The translations under genes and the position numbers were made by a program. A stretch of 42,021 bases of DNA from Octopus bimaculoides (lineage: Eukaryota), in contig NC_068981.1 in the NCBI RefSeq assembly GCF_001194135.2, forward strand, positions 137,918,418 to 137,960,438. Reading direction: 5' to 3'. Below are positions 10,990 to 22,866 of the stretch, in pieces (within the stretch, counting starts at the first letter, position 1; each line of letters opens with the position of its first letter). Below the pieces are notes generated by a model that did no database searches, was not told the origin of the DNA, and was given only the letters and a program-made list of their open reading frames with translations.

Positions 10990-13070
10990 GTTAGTATAGT
11001 TATTACTCTGATCCCTTTTGAGATTTTACAATGATCATTTGGATTGCATAAATATTGATGTGGCCCTGGATAAAGTTGTAGAATTTTTCTATTCATTTTC
11101 TCGAGAATCATAATCCTGTAGCGATCACTCGGATTATTTCGGTCTTCATATTGCACATCTTCTTGATTTAGATCCCCAGGTCATTGCACTTGGCCAACAT
11201 CTCGGAAGGTTTTGCAATGTGAATAAATATATGAGGGGACGCTGAAAAGTTCCTGGCTTTAAGTTTAGGGTCTCGTGAAAAGCCTGGTTGAAGGTCCAAC
11301 ATTCCGAGTTCTTTTATTGAGCTTAGAAAACCTGAAGGACTGCTGCAATAAGTATGTTAATCTGAGAGGGGGAATATGTTGAATAAAATCATTATTAACT
11401 GATCCTCCTGTATTTTCTTTTACCCAAAGCCAGGAACTTTTCAGCATTCCCTCGTACACCCCTACCCTTCCGTCCTTGATAACGGTGTTAGACTTCTTAG
11501 CCTTTTTCTCTCTCTGTCAGTGCAGATAGGGATATACCAGAAAATAGTGACATTATTACTGTACGTGATTTTATAACTCTAGCATATTTTCCAGTGTTGC
11601 TACGTTGCTGCCTTGTTATGTATGTGAATGTATCCAGTCTTTGCTAGTTTTAAATATCCAGGGATAATGCGGTTGATTGCCTTTCCATATTTTCACCCAT
11701 CTCCTGCATTATGTATCTATTCCTGTCCTTGGTTATGAGATGGTGATAGGATTATCAGGCCTGCCGTCTCTGCTTTTAATCCCGTATTCTTTAGCTATTG
11801 ATGTGTCTTCACTTGATCTACCACTGCATCCTGCATCCTTTTGAGTACTTACCTTGCTTCCACCACCTCCACCACAGCCACAACCACCACCACAGCCACA
11901 ACCACCACCATAGCCACAACCACCACCACTGTTGTCAGTCATGGTGTATTGCATTCTGCTTCATCCGTTTCGCGTAAATAGTTGTCACCTAGGTTTCTCT
12001 TCACGGAGTATATCGGATGTTTTCGATTTGGAGAGGTGTTTCTTTTGCTTTTATTTTGTGTCTAGCCTGTGAACGGTAATCTTGAAAGTCGGTTCGAATT
12101 GATCTAAACTTCGCCCTCCAAAAGCTCTTTGTAGATACATCTTGTCCACGTTTTCTTTCGAGAAGTGTATCATCTCTGTGATCCGCATCTTTTTTTTTTA
12201 ATTTTGGTGTCCAGTCTCTTAATTTTATTCAATTTCCAGCTGATGATGTAGAAACTAAGTTACTATGGGTATTGGTGTCAATAGCTTTGCATCCGTTCGC
12301 AGCATTCAGTTTTATTTCAACACCGTGAACATTCTTCTGTACGTCTCCATTTGCATCTTTTTATTCATGGTTGAATGTTGTAACTTGGCTGACAGCACAC
12401 TCCATAGTATGTGAGCTGTTCGAAGTAGTACGATCTTCTGGATTGCTTAAATATTGATGTGGCCTTGAATAAAGTTGGTGAACTCTTTCATTCTTTTTCT
12501 CGTGGGTCATAATCCTCCAGTGACCATTGAGTCTTGCACGTCTTGTTGACTTCGATTTCCAGGTCATTGTACTTGGCCAGCATCTCGAAAAGTTTTATTA
12601 CCATCTTAAACTTGTTCATGATCACGGTATCACTATCAGAATCTATGTTTGCAGTTTTGGTCTGTTTTCTTTTCTTAACAGGTCTTTAGTATACTATCGT
12701 TTCTTAACCTGTCCCTGAAGAACTTAACAATAGGGAGCTGTTGTCCTTGGCATACGTCTTATGATCATCAATGTCGTTCGGTAGTTTACTGCCAGTGTAA
12801 AACAGGTGAAAATTGAGGATAATAAACCCCCTTGGAAGATATCGCTTCTTATGTTGAGAGGTTTCCGTGTTGATGACGCATCTGCATCGCACAGATTCTG
12901 AATGGTCTTCCAGTACTTCATGTTGTCTATGATGAATTTTATAATTGATGGGCAAACTATGTGTATTTTGAGGCTCCTCTTCATCTAGGAGTGTGAAACG
13001 CTTTCAAATGCCTTCTTGAAACCAATCCATGCTGGTGAGAGGTACTTTCTCTTTAATTTCACTGCTTATA
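10990..13070 (-). mobile_element. Decayed R4/Dong-like non-LTR retrotransposon (RT + REL endonuclease)
   Basis: Minus frames give AWIGFKKAFESVSHS, IFQGGLLS, DIDDHKTYAK (YMDD-like), KLNAANGCKAIDT, KENVDKMYLQRAFGGRSL, LAKTGYIHIHNKAA...HWKIC, TIFWYIPICTDRE, CIFIHIAKP and EMLAKCNDL...IQGHINIYAIQ. These follow canonical R4-clade order apart from one duplicated segment. Confidence 0.85.
11230..11456. mobile_element. Mariner-derived MITE (227 bp including both TA) nested in the R4-like element
   Basis: About 31-bp TIRs (TAtGAGGGgacGCTGAAAAGTTCCTGGCTTT / AAAGCCAGGAACTTTTCAGCattCCCTCgTA) with TA at both ends. The interior encodes a mariner C-terminal remnant (CCNKYVNLRG-EYVE*). Confidence 0.9.
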
Positions 13071-13087
13071 AAATGGCTTTATTAGTG

Positions 13088-13297
13088 AGTGCAGCGAGTT
13101 GGCAGAATCGTTAACAAGCCCAGAGTAGTTAACAGCGTTTTGTCCGTCTTTACGCTTTCAGTTCAAATCCCACCGAGGTTAACTTTGCCTTTCATCTTAT
13201 CGGGGTCAATGAAATAAATGCCAGTTGAGTACTGGGGTCGATGTAAGTCGATGACTTGCCCCTCACTCGAAATTGCTGGCCCTCTACCAAAATTTGG
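13088..13297 (+). mobile_element. tRNA-derived SINE
   Basis: gcagcgagttggcagaatcgtta...ttcagttcaaatccc...ggggtcgatgtaa...aaattgctggcc; same family as 10200. Confidence 0.85.
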
Positions 13298-13600
13298 TGA
13301 TTTCATGCGAGTTTCTCCTGTACTATCTGGTATACGTCTATGTTCCTGAGATGTGTGCAGCATTGTGTTCTTATTTTTGCTATGATTGGAGGAGTGTATA
13401 TTCCTCCTGTTGGTGTACTGCATCAGTTTGTTTTGTTATGAGGTTTAACCTCTTGTTTCATGTTACACTAGTGTGCGTTCTGCTGTGTGTGGTCTGTGTA
13501 ATGTGAGTTCTGTTGGCTTACTGGGACTTAATCTTATATGGTATATGTTGCGTAGGTTGTGTTGTTTTAGATTATTAGATGCATGTTGTATAGAGTGTTG
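13298..13600 (-). mobile_element. Interspersed repeat, probably a decayed LINE APE-endonuclease fragment
   Basis: About 170 bp align by eye with 21060-21230. Minus frames give GGIYTPP and RRIPDSTGE, weakly like APE NIYIPP and IPDSILTGD. Confidence 0.4.
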
Positions 13601-14030
13601 AGTTATATGAGAAGATTGTTCTATCAGGTTGAGTAAAAAGTAAGCAACGTTTTGAACCATGAATAATTTGTACCGAATTTTTTTACAGAATTTTGAAATT
13701 TTAAAAACATTTTTTGCAATTGCCAGATAATGCACACACAGACTTGTCCGAATGCATCAATAAATTAACATTGATATTTTTTTTCATCGTTGTTACAATC
13801 ATCTGTTTTTCTGGATATTGAATAACGTTTAGAGATCTGTAGGTGAGTTTAATTTATTGTTGCCTGTTGCAGGATTTATAGTTGTTGGAAAGTTCGTTTA
13901 ACGGCTTGGATAGTGTTATTGTAATATTGTTTTTTGTTACCCTCCCCACGGGGGAAGGATTTGTATAAACTGTATTTGTTTACCTCATTGTAGAGGAACT
14001 TGTTGTAGAGGATTAATTTTGAGTGCCATT

Positions 14031-15314
14031 ATGGCGTCAACTGCGGAAGGAGTAACAATGAACTACGCCGCTGCTATTGGACAACAACAGGAAATTATTA
14101 AGGTAAAAAAATAGAAGTTATTTGGTAAAATAACTGAAAGTAACGGGGAAAGTAAATTCTCCCTCCCCCCACCTGAAATTACTACCTGTAGAAGGGAAAG
14201 AACAATAATTTACAAAACTTTCTGTTTGGAAAACAAGTCGGTGACACGATTTGAGGAGGAAGACATAGAAGAGTGCTTCGAGTCAGTAATGAGGGAAATC
14301 ATCTTCCTGACTCGAGGTAATAGGTACACAACAGTCGAAGTAAGGTTCGAATCGGTTGAAAAGGCTAAAGAATATTCCGCTCGGACCTTGCAGAACGACA
14401 AAACGGTGTTGCTGCCATTATATCTGGGACGCAGGACGTCCCATATCAAAATAACAAATATCCATCCTGATGTTGAGGTAGCATCAGTTATTTCCATACT
14501 CCTCTTCAACAAGGAGGAAAAACTGGAGGTTATCCAGGTGAAAAGATGTGTCTCCCAGAACTGGAAGGGACAATCTTTGGAAATCCTGGTACAAGCTTCA
14601 CCTACAGATTTAGAAGAGCTCTCAGAGATAGATTATTAATCGCAGAGGAGTCAGCACTAATCATCAAAGTGGAAGTGAGGAAACCTCGGTGCTTCCGGTG
14701 CGGAAGGAAAGGACACCAGAGATCCGACTGTGGGGAAAAAAAGGCGAAAGAAGCGACAAAAGTGGTAACCCCGGCCAAGGAGGCCATTACCCAGGGGTCG
14801 ACCACTAACATAGAGACCAACAACGAAAAGGTGGTAGCCTTGGCCAAGGAGGCCATTACTCAGAAGGCTACCACCAGTAACAACAAAGAGGAAATAAACA
14901 ACTTGAAGGTGGTTGCCCCGGCCAAGGAGTCCATTACCCAGAGGGCTACCGCCAGTAAGGAAGTGGACAATGAGAAGGTGGAAGCCCTAGCCAAGGAGGC
15001 CATTACCCAGAGGGCTATCACCAGTAGTAGTAAAAGCGTAACAAGTGAGGAAGAGGTGGTAGCCCCGGTCAAGGAGGCCATTAGCCAGGGGCTACCACTA
15101 GCAGTGAAGAGGCGGAGGCCCAAGATGAAGAGGGTAATATGGAGTACCAGGTGGTCTCCAGAAAAAGACCCAAAACTGCTACACCTGAAAAAAACAACTC
15201 CCCTCCAAAAAGGGAAAATAAAAACGCAAAAGCGGCCAGAAAGGCTACAGCGTAAAAAATTATGGGAAGTAAAAGTGCATCGAAAGATGTGGCCTGGTAC
15301 AGGCCACCATACAT
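14031..15314 (+). pseudogene. LINE ORF1 (gag-like) with a zinc knuckle and internal repeats
   Basis: ATG at 14031 with one in-frame TAG near 14112. RRM-like YTTVEVRFES...LLPLYLGRRTSHIKI follows, then a frameshift near 14630, CFRCGRKGHQRSDC and five KVVAPAKEAITQ repeats. The ORF runs into a gap. Confidence 0.8.
14762..15110 (+). repeat. In-frame coding tandem repeat, five units with alternating 69/78-nt period
   Basis: Unit starts at 14762, 14831, 14909, 14978 and 15056 (gtggtagccccggccaaggaggccattacccag...). Confidence 0.9.
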
Positions 15315-15599
15315 NNNNNNNNNNNNNNNNNNNNNNNNNNNNNNNNNNNNNNNNNNNNNNNNNNNNNNNNNNNNNNNNNNNNNNNNNNNNNNNNNNNNNN
15401 NNNNNNNNNNNNNNNNNNNNNNNNNNNNNNNNNNNNNNNNNNNNNNNNNNNNNNNNNNNNNNNNNNNNNNNNNNNNNNNNNNNNNNNNNNNNNNNNNNNN
15501 NNNNNNNNNNNNNNNNNNNNNNNNNNNNNNNNNNNNNNNNNNNNNNNNNNNNNNNNNNNNNNNNAAGCTGTTCTTTTCGTATTTTTTTTCTTTTGAGAG

Positions 15600-18500
15600 A
15601 TGGCTACACTCAGTATAGGCTGTTTAAATGTGCGTGGCCTGGGTTCGAAGTGGAAGCAGGCTTGTTTCCTAAACGGCCTCAGGTCACATAGAATAGATGT
15701 GATGGTCACTACAGAGACCAAGTTGGACAAGCTGCAGTCCTTCTCGTCCCTCCTGAATGGCTATGAGAAAGTCATGTCTCCTAGCCAAACCGGTGGATGG
15801 GAAGGGGTCGTAGTTTTGCTCCGGAAAAACTTGGCTCTGCAGAAACGTATAATTTTTGCAGACCCAGAAGGCGAGTTGGTCGTTCTAGATCTAACATTCG
15901 GTGGTAAAGTTTTCAGGTTAATTGGCATTTACGCGCCTACGACTGTAGGCAAACGGAATTACTTTTATTGGCGTTTGGAGAATTTTCTAGTGACGTCAAA
16001 GATAATCGTAGTATTAAGAGATTTTAACGCTGTGCTAGACGTACGTAAGGACAGCGTTGGCTCGACTAATAGGACAAGTTACTCTCGCCTCGTCGATCTG
16101 CTTAAGCAATATAGGCTGGCAGATCGATTCAGACTGGATTATCCGAGCGTTTCAATGTGGGCTTGGAGTAATAACTACGGATCAATCCGGTCTTGTATAG
16201 ATAGAATTCTAGTTGATATTAGAGATTGGACTAGCTTTACCTATGTATCCTACATGGATAATAATTTACCTATGTATCCTACATGGATAACAAATTAGTG
16301 ACGTGTAGGATGCAGATAGATAAGGTACATAGACAAGGATCTGGTTACTGGAAGTTGAACAAGTCCCTTTTGGCTTGTAAAACTTATCAGGACCAGATTA
16401 GGCTGTTAATTCAGAGGGCATTGACCGGCACCATGTTGAATAACCGATGGTGGCTTGCCCTCAAAAGAGCTATTCGCTTTGAATCTCTTAGATTTAGCAA
16501 GCAATTAAATCTAGAGCAGAATAGAGTAGAAGGGCGTTTAATTAAGGAATTAGAAGAGGCGTTGAGTGTAGGCTCTGAACCCCAAGTGCTGGCGGCAAGA
16601 TGGGTCCTGGACCGACACNNNNNNNNNNNNNNNNNNNNNNNNNNNNNNNNNNNNNNNNNNNNNNNNNNNNNNNNNNNNNNNNNNNNNNNNNNNNNNNNNN
16701 NNNNNNNNNNNNNNNNNNNNNNNNNNNNNNNNNNNNNNNNNNNNNNNNNNNNNNNNNNNNNNNNNNNNNNNNNNNNNNNNNNNNNNNNNNNNNNNNNNNN
16801 NNNNNNNNNNNNGACGAGACGTGTGAGGCCTTTGGCGAGCACTTTGCCACGTTGTTTGCGAGGAGCGGGACACTGGATCATGGGGATGCCTTTAGGGATT
16901 TCCTGACCGGTGGATCGCGTATCGCGGCACGTGATGTTGAGTGCTGCGAAGGGCCGGTAACAGCTGCGGAGGTTAAGGAGGTGCTTTCTGAATGCCCCAG
17001 GGATAAGTCTCCGGGACTTGATGGTTTACCTTACGAATTTTATAAAGGCATGCCAGACTTGTTCGGGGAAAAAATGGCTGGTGTGTATGCGAACTGGCAG
17101 CAGAATGGGAGAATTCCCAAATCTGTGAGTCGGGGAGTTGTGACACTAGTCAGGAAAGACTCGAGCAAGGGAGATATCATAAATAATTTTCGGCCCATAA
17201 CTCTGTTAAATACAGTGTTAAAGATTTTGGCCAAGGCGTTAGCCAAGAGAGTTAGGGCTGTCGTGAGCGACCTGGTTGGGGAGGCAGAAACCTGTGCCAT
17301 CACTGGAAGGACGATTCACGACAACCTTCACCTTATACGCTACACCTTAGATCGGGTTAGTAAAGTNNNNNNNNNNGTTGCTTTATTGTTTGGTTGGGTT
17401 TCACGGTTAGGGTTTGAAGAAAGTATGGGCGTCAGATGTCGCTTGTGAAAATATAGTTTAACTCAGTTATGCACAAGCGCACGGTCTTACACACATAGTC
17501 AGTCTCTCTCTCTCTCTCTCTCTCTCCCCCTCTGTCTGCTTGTCTATCTGTCTCTGTCTGTCTCTCGCTCTCTCTGATTGTCTATCTGTCTCTGTCTGTC
17601 TCTCTCTCTCTGACTCTCGTTCTCTAGAGTTTCTCTTTGTCTCCACTTAATTTATAAATAAAACTAAGCATAAAACCAACCACGTGCTCTTCTTCTTCTT
17701 CTTCTTCTTCTTCTTCTTCTTTCATCACTNNNNNNNNNNCTGGAAGGACGTTATCCTTGCTAGGGAGGGCGGAGGTTGTGCAGGTGTTTGTTGCATCTGT
17801 GATAACCTACCGCCTGACCGTCGTGCCTTGCCCGAATTTGTGGCTGAACAAGTTGGAACGGCTTCTATTCCGCTTTTTGTGGAGTGGGAGACCACCACTC
17901 GTGAGGCGCTCTATCTGCTGCCAAAAACCGTTAAAAGATGCCTTGGCTGATGATGCGCAAATTTGCGTTGAGGTTGAGACATCTCTGGCTTTACCTGGAT
18001 GCTGAACGGATGTGGTCTCCGCACATCAATTTCTTCTTTTCGCAATTGGAGTCCCTGTGGGACTTGGGTCCATGGATCACGCGGAGACCTCGAATGGGTG
18101 AATGGCACAAGGAGTGCAGACAGGCACTTAGGCTACCACAATACCGGCAACGAGGCTACCACTGCGGATTTCTGTAGCAGGTTAGTAGTGGCTAAGCCTG
18201 ATGACGTCCTAGGGGAAACTCTAGGCTACAATGGAAACCAGTTAGCTAGTCTTTTCGGTAGGACTTTCGGGCCAGGGTACCTGGATAATTTCCAGAAATC
18301 CCTGGCTTGGTTAATCTGTCGAGGGGCTTTACCAGTTCGAGAGAGGCAGGCAGTCACGGCATGGTTTTGGCGTCTCGCCTACATGCCCGAGGTGCATGCG
18401 GGACAGTGAAACTGTTCCACATGCCTCCGTGTATTGTGAGGAAATAAAGGGGCTGATTGCCTATGTCGAACGGCTGATGTCGGAAACAGAAAAGGTACAG

Positions 18501-18668
18501 CTGTCGGCTGAGTCGGTTTTAAAGATTATACCACCTTTCTCCTTCTGCGTAGTGGCCATACTGAAAGACACAGTATGGACGACGCGTGGAAGAGGAATTG
18601 AAACAGGTAACTTCATCTCCGGACGAGGGTTGATTAGTTTTTTTAACTATCTATCACCTGCGGAGTAA
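15600..18668 (+). pseudogene. LINE ORF2 (APE endonuclease + reverse transcriptase + C-terminal region), disrupted
   Basis: MATLSIGCLNVRGL, TETKL, IGIYAP, DFNAVLD, SCIDRIL, GSGYWKLN, KSPGLDGLPYEFY, FRPITLLNTVLKILAKALAKR, GRTIHDNLHLIR, LERLLFRFLWSG, ETVPHA. Broken by gaps and frameshifts; the RT catalytic core is missing between 17367 and 17739. Confidence 0.92.
17500..17722. repeat. (CT)n/(GTCT)n/(CTT)n microsatellites between two small gaps inside the LINE RT
   Basis: Visible directly. Confidence 0.85.
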
Positions 18669-19149
18669 GATCCGTCTGGAGAGGAAGTCCCTGTCTCAAG
18701 ATAATGTTTCGGAAAAGATGGACGCCTGTAGTAAGGATGATGCGAATGGAAGGTGTCGAGCTAGTGTAGCTGGTTCTGTGGGGAAAAAGGAAGAAACAAG
18801 AAAAAAAGTCAGAAAACAGCCGGTGGTTTGATTAGAGCCCCGTATCGATTTTTTTCAAATTGATTCGATTTTTCCGATTTTTTTCTTTTCAATTTCCGAT
18901 TATTATTATATTTATATTTTTTATGATTTTTAAATAAACAATTTCATTGTAACAAACGCTATGTGTTGTGGTGTCTTTATGTTCGTCTTTTATAGACAAA
19001 TAAAGAAATTGGTACAAAACAATCTGCAAAACACTTGATAGTAACCCCCCTTTGATTAAAACCACTCTTCAAAACTCTCCCTACGTACAAACTGGTGTCT
19101 CAAACTGAAGCGGTTGTCACATCCAAGGTACCTTGGCTCTCGGGAATTT

Positions 19150-19290
19150 AGACCATGGATGGATGAATGGCACTCCGTCGGTTACGACGGCAAGGGTTCC
19201 AGTTGATCTGATCAACAGAACAACTTGCTCGTGAAATTAACGTGCAAGTGGCTGAGCACTCCACAGACACGTGTACCCTTAACGATCCAA
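19150..19290 (+). mobile_element. Fragment of an octopus-like interspersed repeat (RTE/SINE-associated)
   Basis: Motif gaatggcactccgtcggttacgac...gctcgtgaaattaacgtgcaagtggctgagcactccacagacacgtgtaccc is recognised from memory as a common cephalopod repeat; not verified. Confidence 0.45.
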
Positions 19291-20579
19291 AAGAAACGTT
19301 TTAATTTCTTCAAATTCAGCGGCTAACCTTGATATCTTATGTCGCTAAAGTGTAGAAAGTATGTTTTATATACTTTTTAAAACATAAAATGTCGAAATCT
19401 GATGTGGAAAAATCGGTCCAATTACTTCAAGACCGCNNNNNNNNNNTGACAAGGACACCTACAACAGACTAAAAGACGTGTGGAGAAGGGATTGACTTGT
19501 CAGGAGTGATGGTGGAGTTCGATGAATAGCCATCTGTAGTGGAGCTAAAAGATTTAGAACCTTTCGTGGGATATTAAAAAGAAAAACTGAGTAAAATTGT
19601 TTTATTGAAGAAAGAAGGAAAAAAGTAAAATTGTTTCATTTTAAAACAGAGGAAAAGACGAGATTAAGAAAAAACAATAAGATAATAGAACGATTGTAAA
19701 TAGTTTATATAAACGTTCAAATGATATTGCATGGGAGTGGGGCCCATGCAGCCATTTCATTTTTCATTTTTATATAACATCTCATTTTCATTCGTTTTAT
19801 GTTTTTGCCTCCACTGTGGTGTTGTGTCTGTCTTTGTAGTGTCTCCTCTGTGTTGTGTCCGTAGTACCAAAATAAAGAAACATTGGCGGAGGTTTGCACT
19901 CTCTGAGTGCTCTTGTTATTGATGCTGTTGTTGTAAATATGATCATCACGCCCTGTTTGTCTGTTAGTTTGATATAGCATCATAAAAAAGTAAATAGTGA
20001 TTTATTTCTCAAATAAACTCCGTTTTAAAACACTAAATAAATTAAGAAGTTTTTTTCTTATTTTTCTCTAAAATAGTTATTGTGACATACCATAATAAAA
20101 AGAGTAAATATGTTGTTTCTCACATAAACACCAAATAATACTTTAAAGACCGCTATTTAAAATTATTCGACGAAGTATAATAAAATATTGACTAAGTTAC
20201 AATTTTTTTTCGAATAACCTCGCTCTTAAAACTATAAATATATATATTTTTAAGGTCGAGTTCCAAATTTTCTCCAAAGATATTACAAAATTCAGTATTC
20301 TGATCTTAAGGTCATTTGCAGTCGACCCTGGCACATTCTATCACCTCAGATTCGACATTACATACATACATACAGACATCTAGATAGATATTTGTATAAG
20401 CACATGATATCTGTGTAAATAAGTATGAGGAATATTTGATTCTAATTGGATCCACTGATGCTACTACGAAATGAATTAGATCATTCATTCTGCTGATATT
20501 CATGTCGTTGATTTCATCACTTACAAAATGACTTTTGGTGGTCCTTACATGTGTAGCTTATTATTTTTATTATTATATG

Positions 20580-21045
20580 AAGGCGGCGAGCTGCCACGTC
20601 AGGCAAAATGCTTACCGCCATTTCATCCATCTTTATGTTCTGAGTTCAAATTCCGCTGGGGTTGATTTTGTCTTTCATTCTTTTGAGAGTCGATGAACTA
20701 AGTACCAGTCACTCACTGAGGTCGACGTAATTGACTTACCTCTCCACCAAAATTTCAGGCCTTCTGTCTATAGTAGAAAGGATTATTATTATTATTATTA
20801 TTATTATCATTATTATTATATGTAGGCAGCGTGAAGGCGGAATAGTTAGCACGCTGAGCAAAATGTTAAGAGGCGTTTCATCCATCTTTGCCTTTCTGGG
20901 TTCCAATTCCGTCGAGATCGACTTCACATTCCATCTTTTCGAAGTCATAAAATAATAACCAGTTGAGCAGTGGGGTCGTTGTAATCGACTTACCCACTCC
21001 ACCGAAATTGCTGATCGTGTGTGCTAAAATTTGAAACCATTATTA
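20580..21045 (+). mobile_element. Two head-to-tail tRNA-derived SINEs (20580-20790 and 20833-21045) separated by an (ATT)n tail
   Basis: Both start (a)aggcgg.., contain ttcaaattccg/ttccaattccg and gtcgatgaa/gtaatcgact, and end in attatt. Confidence 0.85.
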
Positions 21046-21059
21046 TTACTACAAGGTTT

Positions 21060-21230
21060 TCTTTCGTAATTTCATGAGTGTTTCTACTGCATACGCGCTA
21101 TGTTACTGAGGTGAGTGCAGCATTGGGTTCTTATTCTTGTTGGGATTGGAGGAGCGTAGAATCCTCCTGATGGTCTACTGCATCAGTTTGTTTTGTTGTT
21201 GGGTTTAATTTCTTGTTACTTAAGTAAGTG
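21060..21230 (-). mobile_element. Second copy of the repeat at 13298-13470
   Basis: Shared string gtgcagcattg(t/g)gttcttatt...gattggaggag(t/c)gta...cctcctg...tactgcatcagtttgttttgtt. Confidence 0.65.
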
Positions 21231-21614
21231 TTCTGCTGTGTGGACGAGGAATACCCGAACCAAAGCGGTCTTCCGAGCACGCAGACGGACACACCGTGCT
21301 CCATCTTCACATATTTGGAGAAATAGGTTAGTCGATTACATCGGTCTCAGTACTCAATTGGTATTACTTGTCCATGCGTAACATAAGCAGATGTTTATGT
21401 TGATCTATGTTCAGCGATTTCCTGTACTCTATTCTTTTTATTGTATCTCTAAAGCGCTTCTTAATCTTAGCTCTGGTCCACCCATTGCGAAGTATGGGCT
21501 AACAGTGAATTTTTTGTTATTACAAGGGTTTTATGTATTTATTTTTAAAATCATTTTTACGTGTTTCTTAGTGGACTTCTTTGGTTTTCATCATTCTATA
21601 GGATTTTAGTTCTG

Positions 21615-22060
21615 TGTGGTTAGGAAGCTCATCTTGCGTTCTTGTGGTTTCGGGTTCAATCTCACAGTGCAGCACCTTAAGCAAATGTCTTGTACAATAG
21701 CATCGAGCCGCCTGATATTTTGTGAGTGAATTTGAGTAGACGGAAACTTTGTGGAAGCCCGTCATGCGTATGCATACACAGATATGTGTACATGTGTGTT
21801 TACATCAAAAGAGACCAATAGAATAAGTACCAGTTTTAAAAGTCCTGAAATCGATTTCATCCATTCGGGGTCGATAAATGAAGTACCAGTCAAGCACTGG
21901 ATTCGATGTAATCGACTTACCACCTCTTTTAAAATTTGAGAATTGGCAGAGACTCGAACGAATAAATTACTTTTTGCTATTCATTCCGGCCCTTTACGTT
22001 GTGAGTTCAAAACTTATCGAGGTCACCTTGGCTTTCATCTTTTATGAGCTGATAAAATAA
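21615..22060 (+). mobile_element. Cluster of decayed SINE pieces from both families
   Basis: gggttcaatctcacagtgcagcacctt...tagacggaaact...aaaagagaccaatagaataagtacc, followed by ggggtcgataaa...gtaatcgactt and gagttcaaa...gaggtcacc. Confidence 0.65.
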
Positions 22061-22866
22061 AATATCCTTCGTAAATTTATGGCATGTTATAATCGACTTC
22101 GTCTTATCCACACTTTTGATTTTATACATATGTAGGAATTTCTTCTTGTTATTGTTATTTCGATATAAACACATTATTTGTCAGTATGGAAAACATGCAC
22201 AAGAGGATATATTCGCATTCATACCTATAATGGAAAAGACCTGTGGATATATATACATTCATACATATGCCGACACTAATATCAATTATGCAGCTGGATT
22301 TGTTAAAATAACAGTAAACATATAGGTGCCACTGGGTGTATAAAAGTTTATGGAGAATGGAAGACTTATGCCATGACTTAGGATATTAATGGTATTGTTC
22401 AACAGATTTAAAGAAGAAATGCTTTTAGAGCTGTAATATGCAACAGTTCAGCTTAAAATAGAGAGACATTAATAAAACGCGTTTCTTTCATAGAAATTCA
22501 TTCACACTGAGGGAAAAGAAATGGTAAAAAATATATAATAATAATGTTCAATATCACAAAATACGTTAGTTTAAGAAGATTCATATGTACTTTGAAATTA
22601 TATATCAGACAGTTTGGCAAATAGCAGGTGATAAAGGAACTCTTACAATCAGCTTCGATGTAATAGTAATGGAATTATATAACAGAGTAAAAATTAATGA
22701 ATAACAAAAGAAAAATAAGTAATAACAAAATCTCTGGAACTCACTGCTGTCATAAATCGTGGAATGAGTTTTTCCGTTGATATTTGAAATCAATATTTTA
22801 GTTAGGCAAAGAAAAAATTCCAAAACACCGAATTTATAGAAATATATTCTCATACACAGATATATG

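Larger units (their letters stand above)
14031..19008 (+). mobile_element. Tx1/L1-clade non-LTR retrotransposon, near full length and inactivated
   Basis: ORF1 with a CCHC knuckle, then ORF2 with APE and RT, then a T-rich 3' UTR ending near AATAAA at about 19000. Both outer ends are approximate. Confidence 0.88.

Noticed and set aside
11733-11954. Gly/Cys-rich ORF (GGGCGYGGGCGC) resembling keratin-associated or shell proteins
   Set aside because: It derives from an 18-bp, GGT-based repeat expansion inside the R4 fossil; there is no signal peptide or gene context.
14762-15110. Regularly spaced repeats with variable linkers, superficially CRISPR-like
   Set aside because: Eukaryotic context, in-frame coding repeats within LINE ORF1, related linkers and no cas genes.
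18190-18225. CTGATGA...GAAA motif inside LINE ORF2
   Set aside because: Stems I and II do not form properly, and the sequence is explained by the coding frame KPDDVLGETLG.
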